A stretch of 64,000 nucleotides of DNA, from positions 58,218,001 through 58,282,000 of the forward strand of contig OX597829.1 of assembly GCA_951406725.2 (NCBI GenBank), read 5' to 3'. The translations under genes were made by a program, and so were the position numbers. The notes beneath the pieces are model-generated. The model was not told the DNA's origin, ran no database searches, and saw nothing but the letters and a program-made list of their open reading frames with translations. This document shows positions 31,976 through 43,123 of the stretch, one piece after another (within the stretch, counting starts at the first letter, position 1; each line of letters opens with the position of its first letter). The stretch comes from Octopus vulgaris. Taxonomy: Eukaryota.

Positions 31976-32177
31976 GTGTGTGTGTTTGGGTGTCTGTTTG
32001 TCCCCACAACATCGCTTGACAACCGGAGCTGGTATGCTTACGTCCCTGTAACTTAGCGGTTTGGTAAAAGAGACCGATAGAACTAGGCTTACAAAGAATA
32101 AACCCTTGGTCAATTTGCTCGATTAAAGGCAGTACCCCAGCATGGCCGCAGTCAAATGACTGAAACGAGTAAAAGAG
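31704..32177 (+). mobile_element. 3' stub of another RTE-like LINE (31704-31854) followed by SINE family 1 (31855-32177)
   Basis: [28 protein letters not shown] with a (TGAA)n tail. The SINE tail ends gactgaaacgagtaaaaga. Confidence 0.65.
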
Positions 32178-32370
32178 CATGTGTTTAAAATTGTGCATGT
32201 CCTGATTTGAACACACACACGCATGCGCAATGCGGTCCAAGCGACTCTGCATTTTCACTTTCTTTCATACGTTTGTCACTTTTCTCTGCGTCTGTCTGTA
32301 TGTCCCTCTCTCTCTCTCTCTCTCTCTCACTCTCTCTCTCCTCTTCTTTCAATGATTCTAACCCAAACAG

Positions 32371-32472
32371 GAGCGAGAGACGTTCGCGGGACATATCAGC
32401 GCCCTTCTCATTCAGTCACATTGCTCACATGCGTCCAGATCAAGTTTTGCCTGCCCCAGCTGTAGCTAACCT
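32371..32472 (+). CDS. MRCK: Candidate alternative cassette exon encoding a second CRIB motif of MRCK
   Basis: (CT)n pyrimidine tract, branch-like ttctaac, cag acceptor at 32370 and CT|gtaagc donor. 102 nt, phase 2-2. Reads (G)SERRSRDISAPFSFSHIAHMRPDQVLPAPAVAN(L), paralogous to the 36309 exon. Confidence 0.8.
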
Positions 32473-32513
32473 GTAAGCATTTTACCTTGAAAAGCTGACT
32501 TTGTGCTACACTC

Positions 32514-32899
32514 CATCATCATCATCATTATTATTATTATTACTATTATTATTATTATTTTTATTATTATTACTATTATTATTATTATTATTGCTATTGA
32601 TTTTATTATTATTACTGTTATTATTATTATTATTACTACTACTAATATTATTATTACTATTATTTTTATTATTACTATTATTATTACTATTATTTTTATT
32701 ATTACTATTATTATTACTATTATTTTTATTATTATTACTATTATTATTATTATTATTATTATATTATTATTACTATTATTATTATATTACTTTATTATTA
32801 TTACTATTATTTTTATTATTACTATTATTATTACTATTATTTTTATTATTACTATTATTATTACTATTATTTTTATTATTATTACTATTATTATTACTA

Positions 32900-32930
<31 letters not shown>

Positions 32931-33005
32931 TATTACTATTATTATTACTATTATTTTTATTATTATTACTATTATTATTATTATTACTATTATTATTATT
33001 ATTAC
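32514..33005. repeat. (ATT/ACT)n trinucleotide tract
   Basis: Directly visible. Gives the poly-L/poly-I pseudo-ORFs. Confidence 0.95.
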
Positions 33006-33211
33006 TGCTGCTGCTAATTGGTGGATTCTGGTGTTGTTTCGTAAAACTTTATCTGTTTTGTTTCGTTTTTGCCTTTCTTTTATTACTGTTTATTTTTGAG
33101 GCAGTGACTTTTGTGGTATTTCATTCTTTCAGGGTCAATGAAATAAGTATCCGTTAAGAAATGGGGTTAATGTAATCAACCAACCCCTAACCAAGAATAT
33201 CATCATCATTC

Positions 33212-33706
33212 TTATTATTATTATTATTATTGAGTGAGAGAACAGTGCATGCCATCAAAGTGACACTGGGGTAAAATATACGAAGCCCAGTATACCCATC
33301 ATGACTACCCGTCTGATAAGGATACACCAGGCACATGCATCACAACCATATGTGCTCGACATGGTGATCTCATATCAAGAGAAACAGTGCAGGTGGGGCC
33401 CAGTTAGAATCTTCTCAAAAGGTTCCTCAATAAGGGTTGTTAAAGGAGGATGTTTCCTGAGGTGAATTATCCAAATTCCAAAGAATTCCTCCCAACACAT
33501 GGCTATGATGCTACCCCACTGCTCCTGCTCATAATCAGAGATGGACATATTGTCATGCTCAACTGGTTATGGTCAAATCTGTTATATTAAACAGAATATT
33601 TGCTGTAGCCCATCTTTTATCCGAGGACAAATCATGTACATGATAACACTTCCAATCAATTAAGATCGGAAGCCAGGAGATCCACTGCCTGGTTATCAAT
33701 CAGGAC
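33212..33706 (-). mobile_element. Interspersed retroposon fragment with a (TAA)n tail
   Basis: GC-richer block abutting an (ATT)n tract. No ORF; family not identified. Confidence 0.4.
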
Positions 33707-33886
33707 TTAATTATTGTGAAAGTGGTGAGCTGGTAAAACCATTCGGATACCAGACAAAATGTTTACTGGCATTTTGTTCATCTGTGCATTCTGAGCTGAA
33801 ATTCCAGAGGTCAACTTTATCATCCTTTCAGGACCGATAACATAAAAATACCACACAGTCACTCCTGCGCTTACATATATATATAT

Positions 33887-33935
<49 letters not shown>

Positions 33936-34390
33936 CATACATACACGATGGGCTTCTTTCAGTTTCCGTCTACCAAATCCACTCACAAGGCTTTGGTTGG
34001 CCCGAGGCTATAGTAGAGGACACTTGCCCAAAGTGCCACCCAGTGGGACTGAACCTGGAACCATGTGGTTGGTAAGCAAGCTACTTACCACACAGCCACT
34101 CCTGCACCTTAGGTCAATGTAATCAACTCATCCCCACTCCAAAACTACTGGCCTTCTGCCCACTTCTGGACAGCATGCATTATTTCATTTCATGTTAATT
34201 TCTTTTCCATTTTCTTTTAAATATCCTTTTCTGCTATTTTTGTTTCCTTTGCATGTAAATCTTCCGTTTTTTTGTCTGCTTTTTAATGCTTCTTTATTAT
34301 TTTTTTCCTCTGATGCTTGTTTTATTTTCGTTTCAAGCTTTATAAATAATTTAATTAACAATTAGCATGTTTTATTGCTTATTTCACTTA

Positions 34391-34747
34391 CCATATATCC
34401 TTGAATATAATCCGCATTTTCTTCCCCAAATTTAAAGGTCAAAATCCCTAGTGCGTATTATATACGAGGTTAAAAATGAAAGATATTTTCTAAGCAATGT
34501 CTGAGTCCCTATTTGCTGTCCGGCAATGTTTATTCAGACACATATAACAATTAAGAACATCACCATTATTGTATCACACATGCACGGAGGTGTTTGTTTG
34601 ACTAGGTGCTGCTGGCTTAATTACGCATGACTCAAGTTAGAGAAGGGGTGCATATTATACACAGAGTTTAAGTTTTACAGTGGTACAGCCCCCTATAAAT
34701 CCCCTGCATATTATACTCAAGGGCGGACTATACTCGAGGATTTATGG
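34391..34747. mobile_element. Non-autonomous Tc1/mariner-superfamily (pogo-like) MITE
   Basis: Imperfect TIRs ccatatatccttgaatataatccgc / gcggactatactcgaggatttatgg, with TA on both sides. Confidence 0.7.
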
Positions 34748-34779
34748 TATTTTATTTTGTATCAAAAACAGCCTACATT

Positions 34780-35620
34780 TAAAGCAGAGGCCACTTTTCT
34801 GTCAGTTCTTTGATCCCACACATGTATGACAAAGTGAAGAACCCCTCCAGTGAAGCTCCACTTCTTGTTGGTTCACAAAGTGTCACAAGCATAAGCAGTG
34901 AGCCATCAACCACAATAGCCCAAGGGAAATATTTTTCAGCAGTCCTTAATGCGCATAAGCAGTGGTTAAGTAAGAGCCAGTTACCAAGCAATTTGAACAC
35001 AAAGGGATGCTCTGCATCTGGTGGATTTATGACAGGATGCTTCACCAGGAATCCTTTCTGGATGGTCAAACCATCAATGTCCACCTCTACCCCGAACAGC
35101 TGGAGCAGATGTATGTTATTGTGGGGCAGAAATACTTAACATTGGTTAACAAAAACTGATGGCTTACTTCCTGTGATCACAATACTTCATCGACCAAGAG
35201 TGAATTAGTTCTTCCCTCAAAGGACCAATTTTCCGGAACCTCCATATCCAAAAACGGGGATTTTTGCCCCCCAAAAATTACAAAAATAAACAAATTTTGG
35301 AGAAAATGAGGGGTAGGGGACGACCGGAAGTCTTTCCAACAATTTGTACACAAAGGGATACTCTGCAAGACAACACAATACTTCATACCACTTCATTGAC
35401 CAGGAATACACACCAGGATCTTGATGGAATGGTACTAATTCCATGGCTTATTTCCTCGGATCACAATACTTCATCGACCAAGAGTGAATTAGTTCTTCCC
35501 TCAAAGGACCAGGACTGGGTTAGGGTTCACTTCAAAGGACAGGGACTGGTATCAACATGGGATCAAAGAACTAGCAGAAATGATCCAACCTGATGGCCTC
35601 TACTTTGAATGCTCGACTTG
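34780..35620 (+). mobile_element. Decayed mariner (DD34D-type) transposase relic with an internal insertion and duplication
   Basis: Frameshifted pieces GMLCIWW, GQTINVHLY..QL, LQDNTILHT, SKDQDW and IQPDGLYFE match mariner motifs. Confidence 0.65.
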
Positions 35621-36308
35621 ATGGATAAAGGAAATAAGTTATCAAAATCTTGAAAAACTTTCAACTTAACACTTTAGAATTCGGCAAAATAAAATGATTT
35701 TGTATGTTACATTGATAATGTTTTTTCTATACAACTTCTCTTGCAGAATTTGATTTAAATAATTTAGAATTAATTTTAACATATTATGGTATTGCTTCAT
35801 GTAAAGTTTGTATTTTGTAATGATTAATAAAATACCTTTTAAGTTATCTTTATAAAGTTTGTATAAAATTTAGAGCCAACAAATACATCTTTGTAAACAA
35901 TGTGATCAAAGATGGAAAAAGTAGGTAAAGTGTGTATATACATATTTTAAAAGTTATTACGCTTTCATTAGTACCACTTCCAACCCATCAACTATCTACA
36001 AGCACATTGCGTAGATACCTACTATGTTTAGTGGTGTAATGTTATTCGATAAACTAATTTACATATCTAACACATTCTTAGCAACTGATACATATTAATG
36101 TCTTGTAGGAATGTGGTATTTCATTATGTAACCATAATATTCTACAAAGTATATTAAATGCTTTATAATTCAGAACTGTGTTCTTCTGTGTTAGCAGTGC
36201 TATTAAATCACTTTGAAGTTCATTTTTACAGACTTTTCATAGAATTTAAAGCCAGAATTAATTACAGAAAACTAGCATAGCAATGGTATCTTGAAATTTC
36301 CTTTTCAG

Positions 36309-36423
36309 AATTGAAAGGCGGTCTCGTATCATTTCACCCCCTATCAACTTCAGCCATATTGCTCATCTGGGCCCAGATCAGGGAATGCAAGCATTGATAG
36401 GTCTTCCAACTGGACAAAGACAG
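36309..36423 (+). CDS. MRCK: MRCK CRIB (Cdc42/Rac-binding) exon
   Basis: ccttttcag acceptor, CAG|gtaatt donor, phase 2-0. Reads IERRSRIISPPINFSHIAHLGPDQGMQALIGLPTGQRQ, a canonical ISxPxxFxHxxHxG CRIB. In frame with exon 108-213. Confidence 0.92.
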
Positions 36424-37167
36424 GTAATTTTGGTTTCTTTTTGAGTTTTTTTTTGTTATTCTGTTGTCTTTCATTGAATTGTCTTTATTATTATTATTAT
36501 CTGATTTCTACTCTTCCATGTGCTTGTATGGGTTGGTGAGTTTATTTGAGGCAGATTTTCTATAGCCTGATGCTCTCCGTTTCCATCTTCATTGACTAGC
36601 ATCAGTTTTTCTTGCTGTCATGGATCGGACGGTTTCACAGGAACTGGTCAACAAGAGTTTCACCAGGTTCCAGTTGTTTGTTACGACATGATTTCTATGA
36701 CTTTCTTGATGTCAACCACTTTTAAGAATGTGCTGGATGTTTATTGCATTGCACTAGCATGGGTGCCTTTCATGGGGCACCAGGGCAGGTATCTTTTATG
36801 TGGTGTCAGCGTGGGTACATTTTACAAGACCCCAGCACCAAGGTAATATTTCTTGTTGACCAGACATACAATGTGTACATTAAATTACCTTTAAAAGATG
36901 AGAAAAGTGAAGAATAAAAATAAATTGGCAGACGAGATTAGAAAGCATAGGCTGACAAATAAAGTTTTATTAGAATTAATGGATCTCAGCTTTAATAGAA
37001 ACAATTTGCAAAAGTTGTAAAAATAATTAATGAACACTCTCTTTATTGAGCCAGGTTTTCTATGACTGGATGCCTTTCCTGTTGCCAACCCTCATTAATG
37101 ATGATGAGATATAATATCATCATTTCAACATCGATATTTTCCAAGCTTTCAGATTGAGTTTATTTAA

Positions 37168-38460
37168 GCCCTTAATGGATTATCCCGAGTTTACTCATGC
37201 ATCACAAATGTATCTTTTTAGAACCAGCATGAATATACTCAGTCAAAATACATCATCATCGTTTAACATCCACTTTCCATGCTAGCATGGGTTGGACGAT
37301 TTGACTGAGGACTGGTTAACCAGATGGCTGCACCAGGCTCCAATCTTGATCTGGCAGTTTCTACAGCTGGATGCCCTTCCTTTTAACACCAACCTCTCCA
37401 AGAATGTAGTGGGTGCTTTTACATGCCACTGGCACGAGGGCCAGTCTGGCAGTACTAGCAACGGCAACACTCAAATGGTGCTTTTTATTTGCCACCTGCA
37501 CAGGAGCCAGTCCAGCGGCACTGGCAACAACCTTGCTCGAATGTTTTTTCATGTGCCACCAGCACAAGTGCCAGTAAGGCGATGTAGGTAACGATCATGC
37601 TCGAATGGAGTTTTTACATGCCATTGGTTCGGAGGCCAACTTGTTGCTCTGGCAACGATCTCGTTCATATGGTGTACTCTTAGCGCTCAACTAGCACGGA
37701 TGCCACTCATTAATAACTTCTAATTTTAGTACTCAAACGAGTTTATTCGTTTTGTGTCGTTTCATTTTTGAGCAATCACGAATTTACTCGCGTTGTTTAA
37801 AAAAAAAAGTATTTTATCATTTGATGGATTTGGCTATCTGGAATAATTATGTTTTGTATAAAGCATCTTTGGAAACTTCAGCTTCTGTTATGAAACTGCT
37901 GAAATTTAGAATGCAAATAATCACCAAGATTATTGAAAAATATAGGCCCTTATTGCCTCCCACGAAACCAGGAAGACCATCATCAATCAGATTTGCCCCA
38001 GCTGGTCACTTTCCCATGGAAATACCACCAAGTGATAAGAAAAAGAACCCTTCAAGACAGTGTGCAAAATGCGCAGAGAAGAGAGATGCTAAAGGAAAGA
38101 AGATTCAAAGAGAAAGCAGATACATGTGTGATGTCTGCAAGATAACTTTGTGTGTAACTCCTTGTTTTCAAAATTATCATTCTAAATAAACTGTATATCT
38201 CATTTTTTAAAAATTTTCCTTTCATTTAAAAGCAAAACATCTTAGAAAGAAATCAAAGATCGTTAAGTTGTATGTACTTTTTCAATGTCCGAGTAAACTT
38301 GCTTAAATCCAAATGAGTAAAAGTACATTTTAATTTCTATAATAAAAAAAAAAAACAACCTATTTTTTGTAATTAACACAGTGTGTATAATTAAAAAAGG
38401 AAATAAATAAATATACTCTGAAACGAAACACCATGTCAAAATAATTGATCCATTAAGGGG
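37168..38460 (+). mobile_element. Internally deleted piggyBac with both TIRs, carrying an RTE-tail insert (37251-37710)
   Basis: TTAA|gcccttaatggat ... atccattaagggg|ATAA. ORF 37752-38189 is the transposase C-terminus with the Cys-rich domain. Confidence 0.9.
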
Positions 38461-38567
38461 ATAAGGCAGATTTTGTACGGTAAGATGCCTCAAATTATCG
38501 CCATCAAAACCATACAGGCACGACAAAGTGAACATTAAAATAATGGTAATAAAATTCTTACTTTCAG

Positions 38568-38718
38568 CCTGGAGACAAGTCTGACGAACAAATCAAAAAA
38601 GTGCGCAATTTGATGCAACCGAGTATGAAACAGTTGCAAGAACAAATGCGAGGTGCAGGCGGCAAGCCAGCAGCAAGTAGCGGCACTGGTAGTGCTTGCG
38701 GAGATTCACATTTTAATG
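38568..38718 (+). CDS. MRCK: MRCK C-terminal tail exon
   Basis: ctttcag acceptor, G|gtaaat donor, phase 0-1. Open frame PGDKSDEQIKKVRNLMQPSMKQLQEQMRGAGGKPAASSGTGSACGDSHFN. Confidence 0.8.
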
Positions 38719-38799
38719 GTAAATACAACACATGATGTTTTAAATCTTTCCTCATGTTTACTTAATGCTACTCCCAGACCAAAGCCTCTCTTTCTAGGT

Positions 38800-39351
38800 T
38801 TACGGTCTTTCACTTATTTCAGTCATTTCACTGCGGCCATGCTGGAGCACTGTCTTTTGTCGAGCAAATCGACCCCAGGACTTATTCTTTGGAACCCTAG
38901 TACCTATTCTACCAGTCTCTTTGGCCGAACCGCTAAGTTATGGGGAGGTAAACACACCAGCATTTGTTGTCAAGCGATGTTAGGGGCACAAACACATACA
39001 TATACATATATATGACGGGCTTCTTTCAGTTTTTGTCTACCAAACCCACTCACAAAGTTATGGTCGGCCTGAGGCTATAAGTAGAAGACACTTACCCAAG
39101 GTACCACGCAGTGGGAATGAACCCGGAACCATGTGGTTGGTAAGCTACCTACCACACAGCCACTCCTGCACCTATATATATATATATATACGACAGGCTT
39201 CTTTTAGTTTCTGTCCACCAAATCTACTCACAAGGCTGTGGTCAGCCAAAGGCTATAGTAGAATAAACTTGCCCAAAGTGACACACATTGGGACTGAACC
39301 TTGAACCATGTGGTTGGTAAGCAAGCTACTTACTACACAGCCACTCCTGTG

Positions 39352-39394
<43 letters not shown>

Positions 39395-39556
39395 GACGGG
39401 CTTCTTTCAGTTTCCGTCTACCAAATCCACTCACAAGGCTTTGGTTGGCCCGAGGCTATAGTAGAAGACACTTGCCCAAGGTGCCAGGCAGTGGGACTGA
39501 ACCCGGAACCATGTGGGTGCTAAGCAAGCTACTTACCACACAGTCACTCCTGCGCC

Positions 39557-39616
<60 letters not shown>

Positions 39617-39775
39617 ATGGGCTTCTTTCAATTTCCTTCTACCAAATCCTCTCACATGGCTTTGGCCGGCCTGAGCCTATAGTAGAAAACACTTGCCGAA
39701 AATGCCATGCAGTGGGACTGAACCCACAACCATGTGGTTGGTAAGCAAGCTACTTACCACACAGCAATTCCTGCG
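38800..39775 (-). mobile_element. SINE family 1 array: one full copy plus three extra 5' halves in tandem
   Basis: Heads at ~39013-39172, 39190-39353, 39394-39557 and 39617-39775, separated by (TA)/(CA) tracts. Confidence 0.85.
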
Positions 39776-39827
39776 ACTACATTTGTAATTTTTTTAAAGG
39801 ACATTTTGTATTTTATTTTTGATATAG

Positions 39828-39997
39828 GGACTGGTGTAAGAGACCGTGATTCTCCTCATAGAGTTTGGCAGCAAACCCCTCCAAGCCGGCCTTTGTCTTC
39901 CATCACATCAGTTTCACCTGGAGATAACACTTCTATTTCTTCACAAGAGCAGACAAATACTTTGGATTCCTTAAATACATTTAAGACAACATTAGAG
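39828..39997 (+). CDS. MRCK: MRCK C-terminal Ser/Pro-rich exon
   Basis: T-rich tract plus tag acceptor, GAG|gtgaga donor, phase 1-0. Reads (G)TGVRDRDSPHRVWQQTPPSRPLSSITSVSPGDNTSISSQEQTNTLDSLNTFKTTLE. Confidence 0.8.
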
Positions 39998-40619
39998 GTG
40001 AGATCCTTGTTTCTGTGTCCTTTAAACCATCTGATTTTTAGATTTTTTTTTTTATCAAGTATCCATGTTCCATGTGGCTTGGGTTGGGGGCAGGAGGTTT
40101 GACAATAGTCTAGTATGTCAGAGGGACTTGAACGTATGATAAACAAACAGTAACAGTTTGAATATATATATATGTATATATATATGTATATATATATATA
40201 TGTATACGCTTTTTTAATTTGTGGGTTTACAAGGCAACCAATGGTTTCATGCGAAGATATCTTCACAATTGTTCAAGCATGCCATGCAGACCAGTTGGTT
40301 CTTGGCTCCATTTTATTTATCATTTAACTTTCACGTTCTGTGTTGGCATGGATTGGATAGTTTCACTAAGATTCAAGGTATCCAGCGACTGCATCAAACT
40401 TCAATGTCTGTTTTGACTGGATGCCCTTCTTAATACCAGCCTATTACATCATAGATTGGGTGCTGTTTATGTAGCACCAACACTATTGAGGTTGCCATGC
40501 AGTTTGTATGACTATTAGCCTTGTGGTCGTTTGTTTCATTCTTGAGGATGCATTGATTACTATAAGAAAACGAAGGCAGAGCAGGTTCTTATGGGTGTTT
40601 GCATGGCTACTCACTAGTA

Positions 40620-40960
40620 GGGGATGAGCTGGCAGAAATTAAGTACCAGTTACTCACTGGGGTCGATGTAATTGACTTAATCCCTTTGTCTTTGTTTCTC
40701 CTTTCTATGTTTAGCCCCTTGTGGGCAATAAAGAAATATAAAATGTTAGCACGCCAGGCGAAATGCTTAGCGGTATTTCGTCTGCCGTCACATTCTGACT
40801 TCAAATTCCGCCGAGGTCGACTTTGCCTTTCATCCTTTCGGGGTCAATAAATTAAGTATCAGTTACATACTGGGGTCGATGTAATCGACTTAATCCATTT
40901 GTCTGTGCTTGTTTGTCCCCGCTATGTTTCATCCTTTGTGGTCAATAAAGAAATAAGAGC
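40620..40960 (+). mobile_element. SINE family 3 (two partial tandem copies)
   Basis: ttcaaattccgccgaggtcgactttgcctttcatcctttcggggtc core; tail ...gtgggcaataaagaaata. Confidence 0.8.
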
Positions 40961-41988
40961 TGTGAAAGATAGCTAATGGCAATGAGGTGACACAGGTGGT
41001 CCCATGAGGGAAAATTTGAAGAATCAGATTGGAAGCAGGGGAAGAAGAGAGAAAGAGAAAATGAACAATAGAGCAATATGAGAAACTCAGATAGATTAGT
41101 TCAAATAATTGGTATGTGATTGGTTATTGACAATTTGTTCTAGATGAAGTTAATTTGAGGTAAAATTGAAAATTTTTGTATCTATATCAAAGTGCAAAGA
41201 ATGTTGTTGAGAGTGTACACTTTTAATTCTTTCTTTACACATAATAATAAAACTAAATTTTCTTGTTGTTGCCAGATATGCATAGTACTATTTCATCCTT
41301 CTTTGAACTCATCAGCATTAGTTCAAATATTTGGTGTGACAATTTCTTCTATATTACATTGAGGTGGAGTTGCAATTTTGGAACTTAAAGAGTAATGAAT
41401 GCACAGCATATATTTAATATTATTTTTCTTAAAATTTTTAGATGTTGGTAACATGCATCTTTGAAATTATCAGCATGGTATAAGTTGGAACAAATAAATA
41501 AGTTAAATTCAACAATTTGTGAAGTTAGAAATTTCATATTCAGAGAAAATAGTTTGTATGGCTTTAAAAGTTATTTGTGATTTTATTTTTTTCCATCCTA
41601 GATTGTTAATTTTCCAGCAAAAAGGAGATAGATTAGTCTGTAACTGGTTGTCAAGTATTATAGAGAAGTTAATTTTTTGTAGATTAAGTTAATTTAAAGA
41701 AAAATGTGCACATTAATTCTTTCTTTACACATAATAAAACTAAATTTTCTAGTTGTTGCCAGACATGCATAGTACTATTTCATCCTTCTTTGAAATCATC
41801 AGCATAACATCTGCCAAAAATGGTTACAGTTAACATTTTCTCTCCAAATTTCACAAGCCTATTGTGATATTTTCTTTCCAGTTGCCATCAAGGAAAAAAT
41901 CCTTCACTTTCTTTCATATCAATTTCATCTTTGGTCTGAGTCCTGCATTCTTTTTTCTTTTGAAATTGCTTTTTCTGACGTTCTTCAG

Positions 41989-42087
41989 ATAAAAGAATAC
42001 CAAGGGCCACATATTAGGGCAAGTGGAACCACATATAGAAGTGTAGGATCCTTTGCAACATGTGAAACTTCCTGGCACAAGTGAAGG
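41989..42087 (+). CDS. Possible alternative (stop-containing) exon of MRCK
   Basis: Strong pyrimidine tract, ctgac and ttcttcag acceptor. Only the phase-0 frame stays open: IKEYQGPHIRASGTTYRSVGSFATCETSWHK* (TGA 42082-42084). Possible donor AGG|gttaga. Confidence 0.35.
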
Positions 42088-42267
42088 GTTAGACCGCACG
42101 CATATACCTTTGTTTTTTTTTTGGTCTTTTTACTTCCACCTTTCTATTCCCATTTGCATGGATTATAAGTCTCCAGTCCTATACTTTCTCTGCTCCACCC
42201 TATTCTTAACGAGCCTTTTTACTATTTCCTTCTCTCTAATTTAAACATTATTAATTCTAAAAAATTT

Positions 42268-43123
42268 GGATTTTATCTTTTTGACTGACAGATTTAGAAA
42301 ATAATTTTTTGTAACTAAACACTTTCAAACTTCGGACACTGGTAGAATGTGTCATAAAACATCTTTTACTCTTAACATTTTGGACAAAGTTTTGTCTTTT
42401 AGAAGTTATTTTGTGTTAAAGTTGTTGTATTTTGGTAATTTCAACCAATCAATGACGTGCATTCAGCTGAATAAAATTACTGCTGTTGTTTGCCAACAAC
42501 AACTTCTGGCACTGTATATTTCGTTTGTCACTGTTATTTATGACTTATTTCATCTCAGTTATGTTTGTATGAATAAACGAGCGTATCTGAAGCATGTTTA
42601 CTTCATGGCACCACCATAATTGTTCATGCATTTCTACTACATTTAGTTTTCTTTTTCCTGTTTTTCAGTTACTATTTTTGGAAAGACGTTTTTGCCTCAT
42701 TCCCCTACCCCTCCAATTTCTTCATTTTTCATTTTTTTTTTCCATAACCCTAACCCTAACACACTAACTCTAAAACCCTAACCTTAACCCTTAATTCTAA
42801 CCCTAAAACCTTACCCCTAACCCTTAATTCTAACCCTAAAACTCCAACCCTAACACCCTAACCATAAAACCTTAAAACCAGTACAAACACATGAACAATG
42901 TCATAAATAACAGTCACAAGTGAAATATACACCGCCGGCAGTAATTTTATTCATCTGAATACACGTCATTGATTGGTTGAAATTACCGAAATATGACAAT
43001 TTGTCCAAAACGCTAAGAGTAAAAGATGTTTTATATGACACATTCTATCAGTGTCCAAAGTTTCAAAGTGTTTAGTTACAAAAAATTATTTTTTTAAATC
43101 TGTCAGTCAAAAGGTAAAGATCC
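42268..43123. mobile_element. Long-arm fold-back MITE with a central degenerate (TAACCC)n tract
   Basis: Arms ~42268-42545 and ~42900-43123 (GGAT..ATCC termini). Telomere-like repeats at 42744-42880. Confidence 0.8.

Noticed and set aside
32207-32476. 89-aa ORF as a standalone gene or alternative first exon
   Set aside because: The 5' part is a (CT)n pyrimidine tract and CRIB similarity begins exactly at a good splice acceptor, so an internal exon is the simpler reading.
32501-33157. Poly-Leu / poly-Ile ORFs
   Set aside because: Translation of an (ATT)n tract.
34170-34380. U-rich tract with GCATG motifs as the acceptor of a microexon
   Set aside because: No credible donor downstream of tttcaag.
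34779-35139. Host-gene exons suggested by the 101- and 109-aa ORFs
   Set aside because: Better explained as frameshifted mariner transposase remnants; no phase-compatible splice pair found.
42744-42880. Telomere or chromosome-fusion scar
   Set aside because: Short, degenerate and enclosed by transposon arms.
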